From contig NZ_JAAHGX010000014.1 in NCBI RefSeq assembly GCF_010672305.1, positions 26,698-90,697 on the forward strand: 64,000 nucleotides of DNA, in the 5' to 3' direction. This DNA comes from Okeania sp. SIO2G5. Its GTDB lineage: Bacteria; Cyanobacteriota; Cyanobacteriia; Cyanobacteriales; Microcoleaceae. The first letter of the stretch is position 1; every line of letters begins with the position of its first letter. The notes below the pieces were generated by a model, which saw nothing but the letters and a program-made list of their open reading frames with translations, was not told where the DNA came from and searched no databases. A program made the translations under genes and the position numbers. Positions 52,407 to 62,624 of the stretch are shown here, one piece after another.

Positions 52407-53339
52407 ATGACACCTACAAAACTTTCAGATTCAGAAAAATTAGAAATTGTTGAGCTGTATCAAACTACAGAAAATAATACTATTACTCTAGCAGACCTCT
52501 ATGGAGTAAGTAGTTCTACGATTAGACGTATATTGCAAAGTAGCATACCAGAAGATGAATATAAAGACCTAGTTCAACACAAACAAAAACGTCCATCTCG
52601 TTCCCAAAAAAATATCGACCAGGATACAGCAGACGACTTGGATGAGTTCAAATTAAAGGAAGATCAAGCTCGAGAAGTATTAGATGATGGGGAAGATGAA
52701 TCAGGTGAAGTAGTCAAAAAAAGACGACGACGGTCTTCTTCATCTAATAATTCTGAGATTAATCAGCAAACAGAAGTTTCTAAATTATCTTTAACTTCTC
52801 AAGACAAGCAAAGATCAAGCGATCGCCTTGAGAATAATTACGATCTGCCAAAAGAAGAAATAGAAGAGATTTTAGCAGCAGATTTACTAGAGCAAACCCA
52901 AAACTTAGATGATTTTGAGGATGATGATTTAGAAGATTTTGCTCAAGAATTTGACGATGAAGATAAGCTTGACGAAGAAGAGGATGTAGAAACCCCTTAT
53001 AACTTATCTATTCAGAATTCTAGTTATTCTGAAATTAGAGTATATCCTCTCACAGAATCTGTTCTGCCAAAAATTTGTTATCTAGTAGTAGATAAATTTA
53101 CAGAGTTAGTTACTAAACCTTTGATGGCCTTTGGCGAGCTAGGACAAATACCTATAGAAGATTCTCAAGAGAGGACTTTACCAGTTTTTGACAATCACCG
53201 AGTAGCTCATAGATTTTCTACCCGCAACCAAAGAGTGCTAAAAGTGCCTGATGGTAGAATGTTGCAAAAAACTTCAGTATATTTACAAGCAAAAGGAATT
53301 ACTCGACTACTGATTGATGGTCAAGTATACAAGTTATAG
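52407..53339 (+). CDS. hypothetical protein with N-terminal helix-turn-helix-like segment, long acidic low-complexity middle and a conserved-looking C-terminal domain
   Basis: 310 aa. HTH-like ITLADLYGVSSSTIRRIL. D/E-rich region. C-terminal …VLPKICYLVVDKFTELVTKPLMAFGELGQIPIEDSQERTLPVFDNHRVAHRF…. Confidence 0.5.
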   Translation: MTPTKLSDSEKLEIVELYQTTENNTITLADLYGVSSSTIRRILQSSIPEDEYKDLVQHKQKRPSRSQKNIDQDTADDLDEFKLKEDQAREVLDDGEDESGEVVKKRRRRSSSSNNSEINQQTEVSKLSLTSQDKQRSSDRLENNYDLPKEEIEEILAADLLEQTQNLDDFEDDDLEDFAQEFDDEDKLDEEEDVETPYNLSIQNSSYSEIRVYPLTESVLPKICYLVVDKFTELVTKPLMAFGELGQIPIEDSQERTLPVFDNHRVAHRFSTRNQRVLKVPDGRMLQKTSVYLQAKGITRLLIDGQVYKL

Positions 53340-53428
53340 TAACTACTGAGGTCAGGAAATTCTTGACTAAATTCTTTAAATTAAAATCTAAGAATAAGAA
53401 TAGGCACAATTTATTTTCCAGAATCAAA

Positions 53429-53674
53429 TCAAAAATCTTCTTGATGATCTTTCATCTGTCCAATACCAAGCAGAGGTGGTAGGAGAATAGAACTAACGAT
53501 AACTCCTATACTCACGCTAAATGCCAAAATTACTCCGATAGGTATCTCGATAGACCGGAAAACAATAAATTTCAAAGATATTGGGGCAGAATTCTGGACT
53601 GAGAAGATTGCAATACCACTCACCCACAATGCCAGAATTATACTACTGAGAATTGGCGAAATGAATTTTTGCAT
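53429..53674 (-). CDS. small 2-TM membrane protein (LapA/DUF1049-like)
   Basis: 81 aa with two hydrophobic helices. Typical of the small lipopolysaccharide-assembly-A-domain proteins. Confidence 0.4.
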   Translation of the reverse strand: MQKFISPILSSIILALWVSGIAIFSVQNSAPISLKFIVFRSIEIPIGVILAFSVSIGVIVSSILLPPLLGIGQMKDHQEDF

Positions 53675-54248
53675 TAAAAAATCAGCTTAGGAAACGGAAT
53701 ATAACTAATTATCACCTTACCATGAATTACAACATTGAAGAAGGAAGAATGAAGAAGGAAGAAGGAAAGACTGTAGTCCTGCTCGCGTAATGTTAGATGG
53801 GGATTAACAACGGTCCTTTATGGGAGTATCTTGCTCCCACTACTGTTGTCCTTAACCAAAAAAATTACAATAGACCACTATTACAATGCACTACCACCGA
53901 AAAAACTAAAGGACTGGAAAGGTGGATGGAGATACTAATACAATTTCTGAATAGTAATGCTATGTTTAATTACCATCTCCCCATTAAAAAGATACATAGC
54001 AAACTGTTTGAGATTTGGTCTAAAATGTCGCTGCTTGATCGAACCCCAAAAAACTTGTAGATACCGCAGTTGACTTACGTGGGTATTAAATCCATAAGAG
54101 AAAAGATAAAGGAAACTAATGGTAACTAAATAGTATAAAAAATTTGCCAGATTAAGTGTAATAATATTACTCATCTAAATTATATTTAATTCATTGATGT
54201 ACCGTAGTCTAAAATTAAATCAATTCATCTAAACTTTAAAATCTATAA

Positions 54249-54938
54249 ATGCTAGTTCCTCTAACTCGTAAAACATTTGAGCAACTAATTCCAACTGTAG
54301 CTACGAGCGACCAATATAAATATTATTGGGGAAAATTCTCTGATGTGTTGAAACGAGCTTTAATTTCTGCTGTTGCAGTTTTGACCATTGTTTTAATTAA
54401 CGTATTTGCTCATAACGATGGAGACCCTTTATTTTTACTAATTGGTATTACAGCAGGTCTTTATTGGTTTTGGGGACCTGTTTTATTAGCTAGTCTTCGC
54501 AATATGGAATGTAGGCGATATCCATATAGTGGTCTATGGCAAGGACGAGTTTTAGATGTATATATGACAGAAGAAGTTGTTGGTGAAGAAGAAACAGTTA
54601 ATAAGAAAGGGGAACTAATGATCGTAGAAAATTTAGAGCAACGAATTAATTTAGAAGTAGGCGATAAAACAGGATTTGTAACTGAAATTCAGGCTCCACT
54701 GCGCCGTCATCATCAAGGTGTTTCTAGAGGTCAGGTAGCTGTAATGTTGGTGATGTCTTATCAAGAAGATTTAGGAAAAATTGTGAAAAGTTCAGATGTT
54801 TATCTTCCTACTGTAAATCTCTGGGTTAGTGATTATCCATATCTGAGAAGAGATGCTTTTATTGAAGTAATTAATCAGGTACGCTCATCTCGTAAAAAAA
54901 GTAAGCAAGGTCAATCAAGTGATATGAGATTTAGTTAA
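54249..54938 (+). CDS. conserved hypothetical membrane protein
   Basis: 229 aa. Two TM helices in the N-terminal half, soluble C-terminal half, basic C-terminal tail. Confidence 0.5.
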   Translation: MLVPLTRKTFEQLIPTVATSDQYKYYWGKFSDVLKRALISAVAVLTIVLINVFAHNDGDPLFLLIGITAGLYWFWGPVLLASLRNMECRRYPYSGLWQGRVLDVYMTEEVVGEEETVNKKGELMIVENLEQRINLEVGDKTGFVTEIQAPLRRHHQGVSRGQVAVMLVMSYQEDLGKIVKSSDVYLPTVNLWVSDYPYLRRDAFIEVINQVRSSRKKSKQGQSSDMRFS

Positions 54939-55186
54939 AATTCTACAAGTTAGACTATAAACATATTTAACTCTATCTTCTTATAGATGATTAAAATTAG
55001 GTTATTTTCCTAACAAAACTTCGATATGGCTTATTTCTAAATAGTACAATTTCACGAAATATTCAATAAATAAATATTACTTAGTTTATACAGTAAAAAT
55101 TTATAATTCGGCATTAATGTTTTTGTCAATACATATTTCTAGAATCATAAAATTTATCTGATAGTCGGTATTATAAAGGTTATTCA

Positions 55187-55300
55187 ACCATTAATAATTA
55201 ACAATTACCTCTTCTTTTCAAGGAGAAGATTGACGTGGTAGGAAAAATTTTTTCTTGTTTCTCCTTTAAAGATGAGGCTTTAAACCTTAATTATTCGGTA
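55187..55300. mobile_element. MITE-like repeat, AATTA…CCTCTTC…GGAGAAG family (copy 4), abutting a fragment of the CACATTCCGCACTTCAATTTGTAACAT TIR family at 55322-55370
   Basis: CCATTAATAATTAACAATTACCTCTTCTTTTCAAGGAGAAGATTGACG…CTCCTTTAAAGATGAGGCTTTAAACCTTAATTATTCGG. Confidence 0.5.
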
Positions 55301-55596
55301 ATTTATGATCTATATTTTTATTTTTAATCCCACATTCCGCACTTCAATTTGTAACATGAAAGTTAGTATAAAATCCGTAGCTTGCTTAGGTATTTATACT
55401 ATATAAATTATCTTCATTTACCTTAATCGGAAGTCAAATTCTCAGTTAAATATTAAGCGCATAAATACTTACTGAATCCTTAACTCCTATTGACCACTAT
55501 AATTTTCTTCTTACTTGTTATTTCTGACTTTTGACTTTTTACTTTTGAATTTTGGCTTTTGACTTGTTATAATAATTTATAATCAAATTCAGTAGT

Positions 55597-56223
55597 TCAC
55601 TTACCTTGACCTTGTTGACCATAAGCTTGCCAAGCTAAGTCCACTAAACCATTAATAACAGCCACTGCTACCACAGCACTACCCTTACGACCATCAATTC
55701 TAATATGAGGAATCATCGAATCGTATAAACGTGACTTAGCTACATCCACCCCCACAAAACCAGAAGGAGTACCAATAACCAAAGCAGGTCTAATTTCCTC
55801 CGCTTCAATTAAGTCAACAATTGCACAGAGGGCAGTTTGAGCTTCACCTATAACAAAAATTCCCTCTGGATAACGTCTAGCTAAAGTTTCAATTCCCCAA
55901 GCTGCCGTAGTTTTTTCCTTCTGGGGTCTAGTTATAGCATCAATTGAACAATAAACAGGATTAACAAAGGTACTTTGAATTACTGGTGTAATACCCACCT
56001 GAACCATTGGCACATCTACGACAATAGTTGTACGAGCGGCTAAAGCAGCAGCTCCAGACTGTAAAGCATGGTCAGAGAAACTAATTAGAGACTTATATTC
56101 AAAATCTGCCGTAGCATATATTACCCGTCTCACAATTTCGTACTCCGCAGGAGAGAAGGCGTGAGGGCCAATTTCTCTGTCAATAATTCCTAAGCTTTGG
56201 GCATCTGTGATGTGCCATTCCAT
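55597..56223 (-). CDS. cobH: precorrin-8X methylmutase
   Basis: 208 aa with the CbiC/CobH fold signature …IVRRVIYATADFEY…HALQSGAAALAA…VVDVPMVQVGI…GNAPTAL-like (GEAQTALCAI). Confidence 0.85.
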   Translation of the reverse strand: MEWHITDAQSLGIIDREIGPHAFSPAEYEIVRRVIYATADFEYKSLISFSDHALQSGAAALAARTTIVVDVPMVQVGITPVIQSTFVNPVYCSIDAITRPQKEKTTAAWGIETLARRYPEGIFVIGEAQTALCAIVDLIEAEEIRPALVIGTPSGFVGVDVAKSRLYDSMIPHIRIDGRKGSAVVAVAVINGLVDLAWQAYGQQGQGK

Positions 56224-56482
56224 ATCAAATTATCCCCTGCCTGCAATAGTTAATTAATATAAAGATTCAAATAAATGAAAATATTAGCACTTAATAATAC
56301 CCTGGAAGGGCAAAATTTTCCAGAAATCTCCACGGAAGTAAATCTATACTTTATAGATATTAAATCAGCTATAGCGTTTTTATAGATATGTTTAACCATC
56401 GTCAATTTATACTTTCTTCTGCTTTAATCGGTGGTGATCTAATTAGGGTTTGCTGAAAAAGTCTTTTTGCTCTTCGTAGTAG

Positions 56483-56925
56483 TCAGTTTTGGGTCTTAAA
56501 CACTATGTATCTATAACGTTATAGTTTTTCAACGCTATATATTATATTCAGGAGTTTGGCATTTTTGGGTCTTAAACACTATGTATCTATAACGTTATAG
56601 TTTTTCAACGCTATATATTATATTCAGGAGTTTGGCATTTTTGGGTCTTAAACACTATGTATCTATAACGTTATAGTTTTTCAACGCTATATATTATATT
56701 CAGGAGTTTGGCATTTTTGAGTCTCAAACACTATGTATCTATAACGTTATAGTTTTTCAACGCTATATATTATATTCAGGAGTTTGGCATTTTTGAGTCT
56801 CAAACACGATTTATCTATAACGTTATAGTTTTTCAACGCTATATATTATATTCAGGAGTTTGGCATTTTTGAGTCTCAAACACTATGTATCTATAACGTT
56901 ATAGTTTTTCAACGCTATATATAGT
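56483..56925 (+). repeat. Tandem array of about 5.8 copies of a 76-bp unit (…CAGGAGTTTGGCATTTTTGGGTCTTAAACACTATGTATCTATAACGTTATAGTTTTTCAACGCTATATATTATATT…)
   Basis: Period of 76 measured from recurring GGGT at 56491, 56567 and 56643. Copies differ by a few SNPs (GGGTCTT vs GAGTCTC). Each unit contains the perfect 14-nt palindrome CTATAACGTTATAG followed by T5, and an AT-rich TATATT box. Confidence 0.8.
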
Positions 56926-57012
56926 GTCTCTGCGTAAATCCTGATTCTGTTTCCCCCATTTTTTAACAAGTTGAGGGATACTCGACACACCATTAATAAG
57001 CAATATTATTTC

Positions 57013-57378
57013 CTACTCCGCATTATTCCAGCCATCAATCGAAGCCATTAAAATATTAACTGCTGGATGGTCAATCAACTCCTTAAAAGCTTCCTTTCCT
57101 CCCTGTTTTAAAGCTTCAATTATTCGAGATTTCAGAGAGGGATTTTTCTCAATTTCTTGCATTACTTCACCTACAATTATTGCATTTTCCGTAGGAGTTG
57201 CAGAATAGTCCGGTTTAGACAATTGTTGTAATAATTGTTGAATTTCTTTTGCTGCCTCTGCTAAATTTTGCTTTTGCTCTGGGGAATAATTATATTGAAT
57301 TACTTTATCTATCTTTGGTTTACCCGCAGCAATAATAGAACGATCACCCTTAATATCATATTTATTTTCCTCAGTCAT
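57013..57378 (-). CDS. hypothetical protein (121 aa), downstream part of the split gene; has its own AAGGAG Shine-Dalgarno and ATG
   Basis: MTEENKYDIKGDRSIIAAGKPKIDKVIQYNY… The same frame is open for 246 nt upstream (…KLIIPVKEASTKYFRKVFSTLEGIVNQAKEQNKYEAIKAKFKFDDIIQYLENNSEKVVQQTTTEYKINGTNIFVNSEIRRLK) back to the TAA of the preceding ORF. Confidence 0.5.
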   Translation of the reverse strand: MTEENKYDIKGDRSIIAAGKPKIDKVIQYNYSPEQKQNLAEAAKEIQQLLQQLSKPDYSATPTENAIIVGEVMQEIEKNPSLKSRIIEALKQGGKEAFKELIDHPAVNILMASIDGWNNAE

Positions 57379-57624
57379 TTTTAATCTCCTTATTTCACTA
57401 TTTACAAAAATATTAGTACCATTAATTTTATACTCAGTAGTTGTCTGTTGAACAACCTTTTCTGAATTGTTCTCCAGATATTGGATAATATCGTCAAACT
57501 TAAACTTAGCTTTTATTGCTTCATATTTATTCTGCTCCTTAGCTTGATTAACTATACCTTCCAGAGTTGAAAAGACTTTCCTAAAATATTTTGTAGACGC
57601 TTCTTTAACGGGAATAATAAGCTT

Positions 57625-58731
57625 TTATTGACCGGATATTTCTGTTAAAGGCGGCAAGAACACTAAGCAAGGCAGTTGTGCAATAGGAACGCCTAAGTCT
57701 CGTGCTATTTTGTAAGATTCATTTCGATTAAATGGCTTTTTAGTAAACAGTCTAATTGGTTTAAATATTTCATGCAGCTCTGATAAAAGTAGATACTTCC
57801 AATACTTGATGAAAAGCTTCCAGTTAATTCCTTTTTTTTCTAAGACATATATATAGCACCACTTACCAGTTAGCTCGTCAAAGTCTTCAAAGTTATTCAT
57901 CATATAGTCTACTATTTCCGCATCTCCATCTGTACACAGGAAAATTCCTTTGACTAAACTATGTGAGTATTTCTTGATATTTTTGTCAGTGATTATAGTG
58001 TCTTCATATAGAGTTTTGCTTGCAGGGATAAAAGGGACAAAACCAAAAATCTCTTTGTATAAAGCTTCGATTGTAGGGACAGGAGGCACAGAACTTTGAA
58101 AATAGGGACGATAGTCCTCTAAAAACTTGTAATACTTTTCCTCAATTACAGGGGCAAAAACTTTACTAATTACAGGGACAAAAACTTTACTGTTCTTTTC
58201 AATTAAATTTACCTCCATTAGGTCAATTAATCTTTGATATTTAGCCTTGATTGCAGAAGCAAAATTAGGATTATGATTACCTCGTAGAGGGTAGTAAATA
58301 TCTTCAATTATTGTTCCATACATTACCTTGATTGCAAAGATAACATTTGTCCTATTACTCTCAGCTAAATTTGATTTTGCCAACTCCACTAATTCTAGGT
58401 ACTGTTTCTCAATTCTCAGGACAATACTTACCTCGTTATGTGCATCTATACCTCGCTCAATTAACAATTCAGCTAATTCAATTAACTTTTTATGTACTAG
58501 CTCAATTCTAAATAAAATAGATGTATTATCTTCAGTTGAACTTAACTCAATTAACCCAATTACTTGTTGATTGACTTCCTCAAGGACAGAAACAATGTTA
58601 GTTGTTTTATTATTAATTGAATTTAACTCTATATTTGATGCACTTAATGTTCTGAGCTTTCTTATAACAAACTTTCCCAATTGCTCTAATAGTTCGTCCC
58701 GACTCTTATTACCCATAATAATCTCCCCCAA
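57625..58731 (-). CDS. hypothetical protein (368 aa), upstream part of a gene split by a single in-frame TAA
   Basis: Open frame with an internal 16-codon duplication (KVFVPVISKVFAPVIEEKYY). Its TAA at 57625-57627 is in frame with 82 further stop-free codons leading into ORF 57013-57378. Confidence 0.5.
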   Translation of the reverse strand: MGEIIMGNKSRDELLEQLGKFVIRKLRTLSASNIELNSINNKTTNIVSVLEEVNQQVIGLIELSSTEDNTSILFRIELVHKKLIELAELLIERGIDAHNEVSIVLRIEKQYLELVELAKSNLAESNRTNVIFAIKVMYGTIIEDIYYPLRGNHNPNFASAIKAKYQRLIDLMEVNLIEKNSKVFVPVISKVFAPVIEEKYYKFLEDYRPYFQSSVPPVPTIEALYKEIFGFVPFIPASKTLYEDTIITDKNIKKYSHSLVKGIFLCTDGDAEIVDYMMNNFEDFDELTGKWCYIYVLEKKGINWKLFIKYWKYLLLSELHEIFKPIRLFTKKPFNRNESYKIARDLGVPIAQLPCLVFLPPLTEISGQ

Positions 58732-59101
58732 TTAACCCAACTTCTTAACAACCAACAACTCATTCCCTTGATCGTCGCGCCTTAACTGCTATCTCCCGAT
58801 ATTCCCCTGATTCAAACGGTGCGTTGGTAGTACCTGCCAAATGTTCTTACACAGAATCTTCATAACTACCTTTCAATTCTTTCTTGATACTATCCCAAAC
58901 ATTTGTCCGCTGAATTCTAAATTCTGAATTCTACATTCTAAATTCTTGTAGCGATCGCCTCCTTATAGCTTTTATATAAATTTCAGGAGACATCTGTACA
59001 ATAAAAAACCAGCTCAATTAACTTATAAATTCTCAATTCCCAATTCTAAATTCTGAATTCTAAATTCTACATTCCAAATTTCCAATTCTAAATTCTGAAT
59101 T

Positions 59102-59731
59102 CTAAATTCTACATTCCAAGTTTCCTTTATTTAAAGTCCAACATTTATCAGCTATGGGTAAAAGGTCACTAGCATCATGGGTGACAACCAATAAACTCCA
59201 ATGATTTTTCAATTTAGCCAGTAAATTGACAAGTTGTTTTCGCATTGACCAATCTAATCCTGCTGTTGGTTCGTCTAACATTAAAAGATGAGGTTGTCTA
59301 ATTAGTTGTACTGCTAAAGCAAGGCGACGTTGCTGACCTCCACTTAAAGCATGAGGTGATGTACTTAATAATAAATCCTGAAGTCCTACTTCTTCCAGAG
59401 CAGAAGATATTTGTTCTGACCGTATCTCTGGATGGCCTAATCGTAATTCTTCGAGAATAGTAGCGCCACAAAAATGTCTTTCTGGGAATTGAAATACTAA
59501 ACCACCGAGTTGTTGTAGGTGTTCGGAGGTTAATTTTTGGTCTCGCCAGCAAATTTCTCCTTTAGAACATTCAGCTAAACCAGCTAATATTTCTAATAAT
59601 GTAGTTTTGCCGGAACCGCTACGACCGATAATTAGTCCCATTTGTTGAGGTGCTAGTTCCAGATTTATATTTTTGAGTATAGGGGTGATACTAGCGGCTG
59701 GATGATAGTGTAGGTTTTTGAGATATAGCAT
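59102..59731 (-). CDS. ABC transporter ATP-binding protein (short, single NBD; ECF/CbiO-like)
   Basis: 209 aa. Walker A GRSGSGKTT, signature LSGGQQRRLALA, Walker B LLMLDEPTAGLD, H-loop VTHD. Confidence 0.8.
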   Translation of the reverse strand: MLYLKNLHYHPAASITPILKNINLELAPQQMGLIIGRSGSGKTTLLEILAGLAECSKGEICWRDQKLTSEHLQQLGGLVFQFPERHFCGATILEELRLGHPEIRSEQISSALEEVGLQDLLLSTSPHALSGGQQRRLALAVQLIRQPHLLMLDEPTAGLDWSMRKQLVNLLAKLKNHWSLLVVTHDASDLLPIADKCWTLNKGNLECRI

Positions 59732-60003
59732 TGATGAAGAAAGAAGAAGGAAGAAGGAAGAAGGGAGAATTTAATTTTCTGTAATACCCTTGTTCTTTTA
59801 AATATATTTTTTATTGTTTCTACTCATAAATTTTTCTGAGTTTGGGTTAAAACGTTTTCTGGATTTAGATGAAAATTGTCTAAAAAATTATATATAATCT
59901 AGCTTAGATAATAACATAGAACATCACAAAATCCACTCTAGTAGTAAATTTCTCTATTAACAACCCAAGCACCGTCACAATCTAATTAGTCTCAAAATAA
60001 ATT

Positions 60004-61011
60004 ATGCGAAAAATATTATTTAATTGGTGTCAAAAAAAATCAGTCTTGAAACAAATATCAGTTCTTTATAGCGCTACTTTCATCAGTTTAAATCTATTAG
60101 TAAATCCAGCAATAGGAGACCCATTTCGCAAAAAAAATCCTATTGAAATAGGAGAAAAAACTGAAGCAGCTTTTAAAGCGATGTTTGAGGAAGGAGATTA
60201 TAAACAAGCAAAAGATTATCTTAAAATAGCTGAATCTGAAGAGATAAGTGAGCCACTTGTTTATGCAATGATATCTTCCTTACATTACTTAGATGAAAAT
60301 TGGGAATCGTTAAAATTGTATGCCCAGAAAACTACTGAAGTAGCAGAAAATTTAATTACAATTAATCCAGTTCGCGGTAATATTTATGCTGCCACTGGTA
60401 AATTTTTAGAAGGTGCTTATATTATATCTACTGAAGGTACATTAAAAGGCGCTCCAAAAGCTCTGGAGAAACTTCGGAAAGCTTTAAGTCATTTTGAAAC
60501 AGCAGAGAGAATAAATTCATCAGATCCAGAGTTAAATTTGCTCAAAGGATATATGGATTTAATGTTGGCTGTTAATTTACCATTTTCTGACCCGGAAAAG
60601 GCAATAAAAACATTGCAAGATAAAGCTTATCCTCATCATTTAGCTTATCGAGGAGTGGCAGTAGCTTATCGAGATTTAGACAAGCTTGAAAAAGCTTTGG
60701 AATATGTGGATAAAGTTTTGTTAGAAGTTCCAGATAATCCTGAAGTACATTATCTAAAAGCACAAATTCTAGTTGCTCAAGCTAGAGATAAAGATAATGA
60801 TTTATCAATGAGAAAAAAAGCTAGGGAAAACTTTGATATGGCTTTGGAAAATTCAGATAAAATGCCAAGACGTTTGGTAGCACAAGTATTTTTTGAACAG
60901 TGTAAAAATATTAATAACATAGATGATGGTAAACGACCTTGTGACCCAATGCGAGATGCTATTAGGGATGGTTTAGGTACATGGGGACCAACAGAATTAC
61001 CACTGCTTTAA
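60004..61011 (+). CDS. hypothetical secreted/anchored helical-repeat (TPR-like) protein
   Basis: 335 aa. N-terminal hydrophobic segment, helical repeats (…AVAYRDLDKLEKALEYVDKVLLEVPDNPEVHYLKAQILVAQ…). Confidence 0.5.
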   Translation: MRKILFNWCQKKSVLKQISVLYSATFISLNLLVNPAIGDPFRKKNPIEIGEKTEAAFKAMFEEGDYKQAKDYLKIAESEEISEPLVYAMISSLHYLDENWESLKLYAQKTTEVAENLITINPVRGNIYAATGKFLEGAYIISTEGTLKGAPKALEKLRKALSHFETAERINSSDPELNLLKGYMDLMLAVNLPFSDPEKAIKTLQDKAYPHHLAYRGVAVAYRDLDKLEKALEYVDKVLLEVPDNPEVHYLKAQILVAQARDKDNDLSMRKKARENFDMALENSDKMPRRLVAQVFFEQCKNINNIDDGKRPCDPMRDAIRDGLGTWGPTELPLL

Positions 61012-61302
61012 AGTAGCATTTAGCAATTAGTAATCAGCACTCAGCAGTAGTGGAGCATTCCGGTACGGAAACGCTAAAAGCTAGTTAAATTGTTAATTCA
61101 AAAGTATAAATTTTCAACTAAATTATATTTTTTTCTATAACAATTCTTGGGGTAGTGGTGGATAAAATATCTGGGAATGAGAGAACAGATGTAAGGATTC
61201 ATAGTTTTTTTATCCTGGTAATTTTTGATGATTTATACCCAGATTACTATATTGATAAATCGTTATAATTACTCTAAATAAAATCAGGTATGACAAACAT
61301 TT

Positions 61303-61755
61303 ATGGAAATACAATTTCGCGAATTTAATCCTTTTGATGTGTGGATTTGGTTAGAGTTTAGCACTGTTCCTTCAACGGCAGAAAAGCATTACATAGAGGA
61401 ACTATTTGATTCCTGGTTTTTATTAGGAAAACTGGGTGGCTTTAATGCAGAAAATCTACAGGTTCAAGATGCAGGAATAGAGGTTAGTTATATGGAATAT
61501 AGCCAGGAAGTTGCAGGTCAAAGTATGATGGCTGTTATGCACAATATGGGAGAAGTAGAATATCAAGGATTTTGGGGTCGTTGTTGGTTCGATTTGGGAA
61601 CTAGCGATGCTTTAGCAATAGATATTTTGACTAATAGTTTTCAACGATTAGATGAGGAATTTGTCAAGATAGAAAAACTTATTATTGGGGGGCAAAATGA
61701 GGACTGGCCTGTACCAGAAAATAACTATGAAATGGGTTTTTCTGATGATAATTGA
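61303..61755 (+). CDS. conserved cyanobacterial/plastid-lineage protein (DUF3531-like)
   Basis: 150 aa. MEIQFREFNPFDVWIWLEFSTVPSTAEKHYIEELFDSWFLLGKLGGFN…. Assigned to the family from memory of the N-terminal motif only. Confidence 0.45.
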   Translation: MEIQFREFNPFDVWIWLEFSTVPSTAEKHYIEELFDSWFLLGKLGGFNAENLQVQDAGIEVSYMEYSQEVAGQSMMAVMHNMGEVEYQGFWGRCWFDLGTSDALAIDILTNSFQRLDEEFVKIEKLIIGGQNEDWPVPENNYEMGFSDDN

Positions 61756-61974
61756 TTGTCAGTAGGTAGGCGTTAAAATTTATCGCTAGAGGAAGCCAGC
61801 AGGCAGAAGGGAAAAGGCTTATAAACTACTTTACTTTTTGTTACATACTAAATTTTTTTGTGCCTACCTACTTAATTTCTTTTTTTTCTATATTGTAAAA
61901 ATTAAACCTGATTAAGCTTTTTTTACTGACAAAAAAATTAGGTTTCAACCTTCCCCTTTTAAGGGGATAAAAAG

Positions 61975-62058
61975 CGGTCGATATTCGGAGCTGGATGGCG
62001 TTACGGAGCGGCTCTGTCAAGAGCGGGTTTCCTCGCCATATCCAATCGACCAAGAGAA
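61975..62058. repeat. Second copy of the GC-rich structured element (see 36836-36995)
   Basis: AAGCGGTCGATATTCGGAGCTGGATGGCGTTACGGAGCGGCTCTGTCAAGAGCGGGTTTCCTCGCCATATCCAATCGACCAAG. The arms are reverse complements of those of copy A. Confidence 0.45.
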
Positions 62059-62179
62059 AGAAAATTCAGTATTTCAAGCCCCCTAATGAAGTAGGAGGTA
62101 CTGTTAAATGTTAACGGCTAACTGATAACTGAATTGACTTGTATTTCCCAATTAACTTTGATATTTATGTGAGAAAATT

Positions 62180-62611
62180 ATGAGTAAGAAGAATAAAATA
62201 AGGGTCTTAGCTTTGGGTTTAATTAGAGATGACGATCACTTGTTTATTTCTCAAGGTTATGACTCTATAAAACAGGAAAGTTTCTATCGAGTTATGGGTG
62301 GGGGCGTTGATTTTGGAGAGTATAGTCGTGATGCTTTACAGAGAGAGTTTCAAGAGGAGATTGAAGCTGAGTTGACTAATATTAAATATTTGGGATGTAT
62401 GGAAAATATTTTTATGTTTAATGGAGAGGAAAGACATGAGTTAATTCAATTATATAAATGTGATTTTGCTGACCCAAAGTTTTATCAAATAGAGGAGTTA
62501 ACTTTTTGGGAGAAGGAACGAAAAAAAACGGCACTTTGGGTTTCGATAGATAGATTTAAGTCTGGAGAATTGAAAATAGTTCCAGAAAATTTTTTAGAAT
62601 ACTGTGATTAG
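62180..62611 (+). CDS. NUDIX hydrolase
   Basis: 143 aa. Canonical Nudix box GGGVDFGEYSRDALQREFQEEIEAEL. Confidence 0.8.
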   Translation: MSKKNKIRVLALGLIRDDDHLFISQGYDSIKQESFYRVMGGGVDFGEYSRDALQREFQEEIEAELTNIKYLGCMENIFMFNGEERHELIQLYKCDFADPKFYQIEELTFWEKERKKTALWVSIDRFKSGELKIVPENFLEYCD

Positions 62612-62624
62612 GAGAATAATTAAA

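Noticed and set aside
56224-56482. Cobalamin riboswitch expected upstream of cobH
   Set aside because: No B12-box-like (GCCACTG / AGYCMGG…CCKGCC) consensus is recognisable on the minus strand of the leader. cobH may be regulated elsewhere in an operon.
56483-56925. Possible CRISPR array (regular about 76-bp periodicity, palindromic core)
   Set aside because: All units are near-identical end to end and there are no unique spacers. It is a tandem repeat, not repeat-spacer architecture, and no cas genes are nearby.
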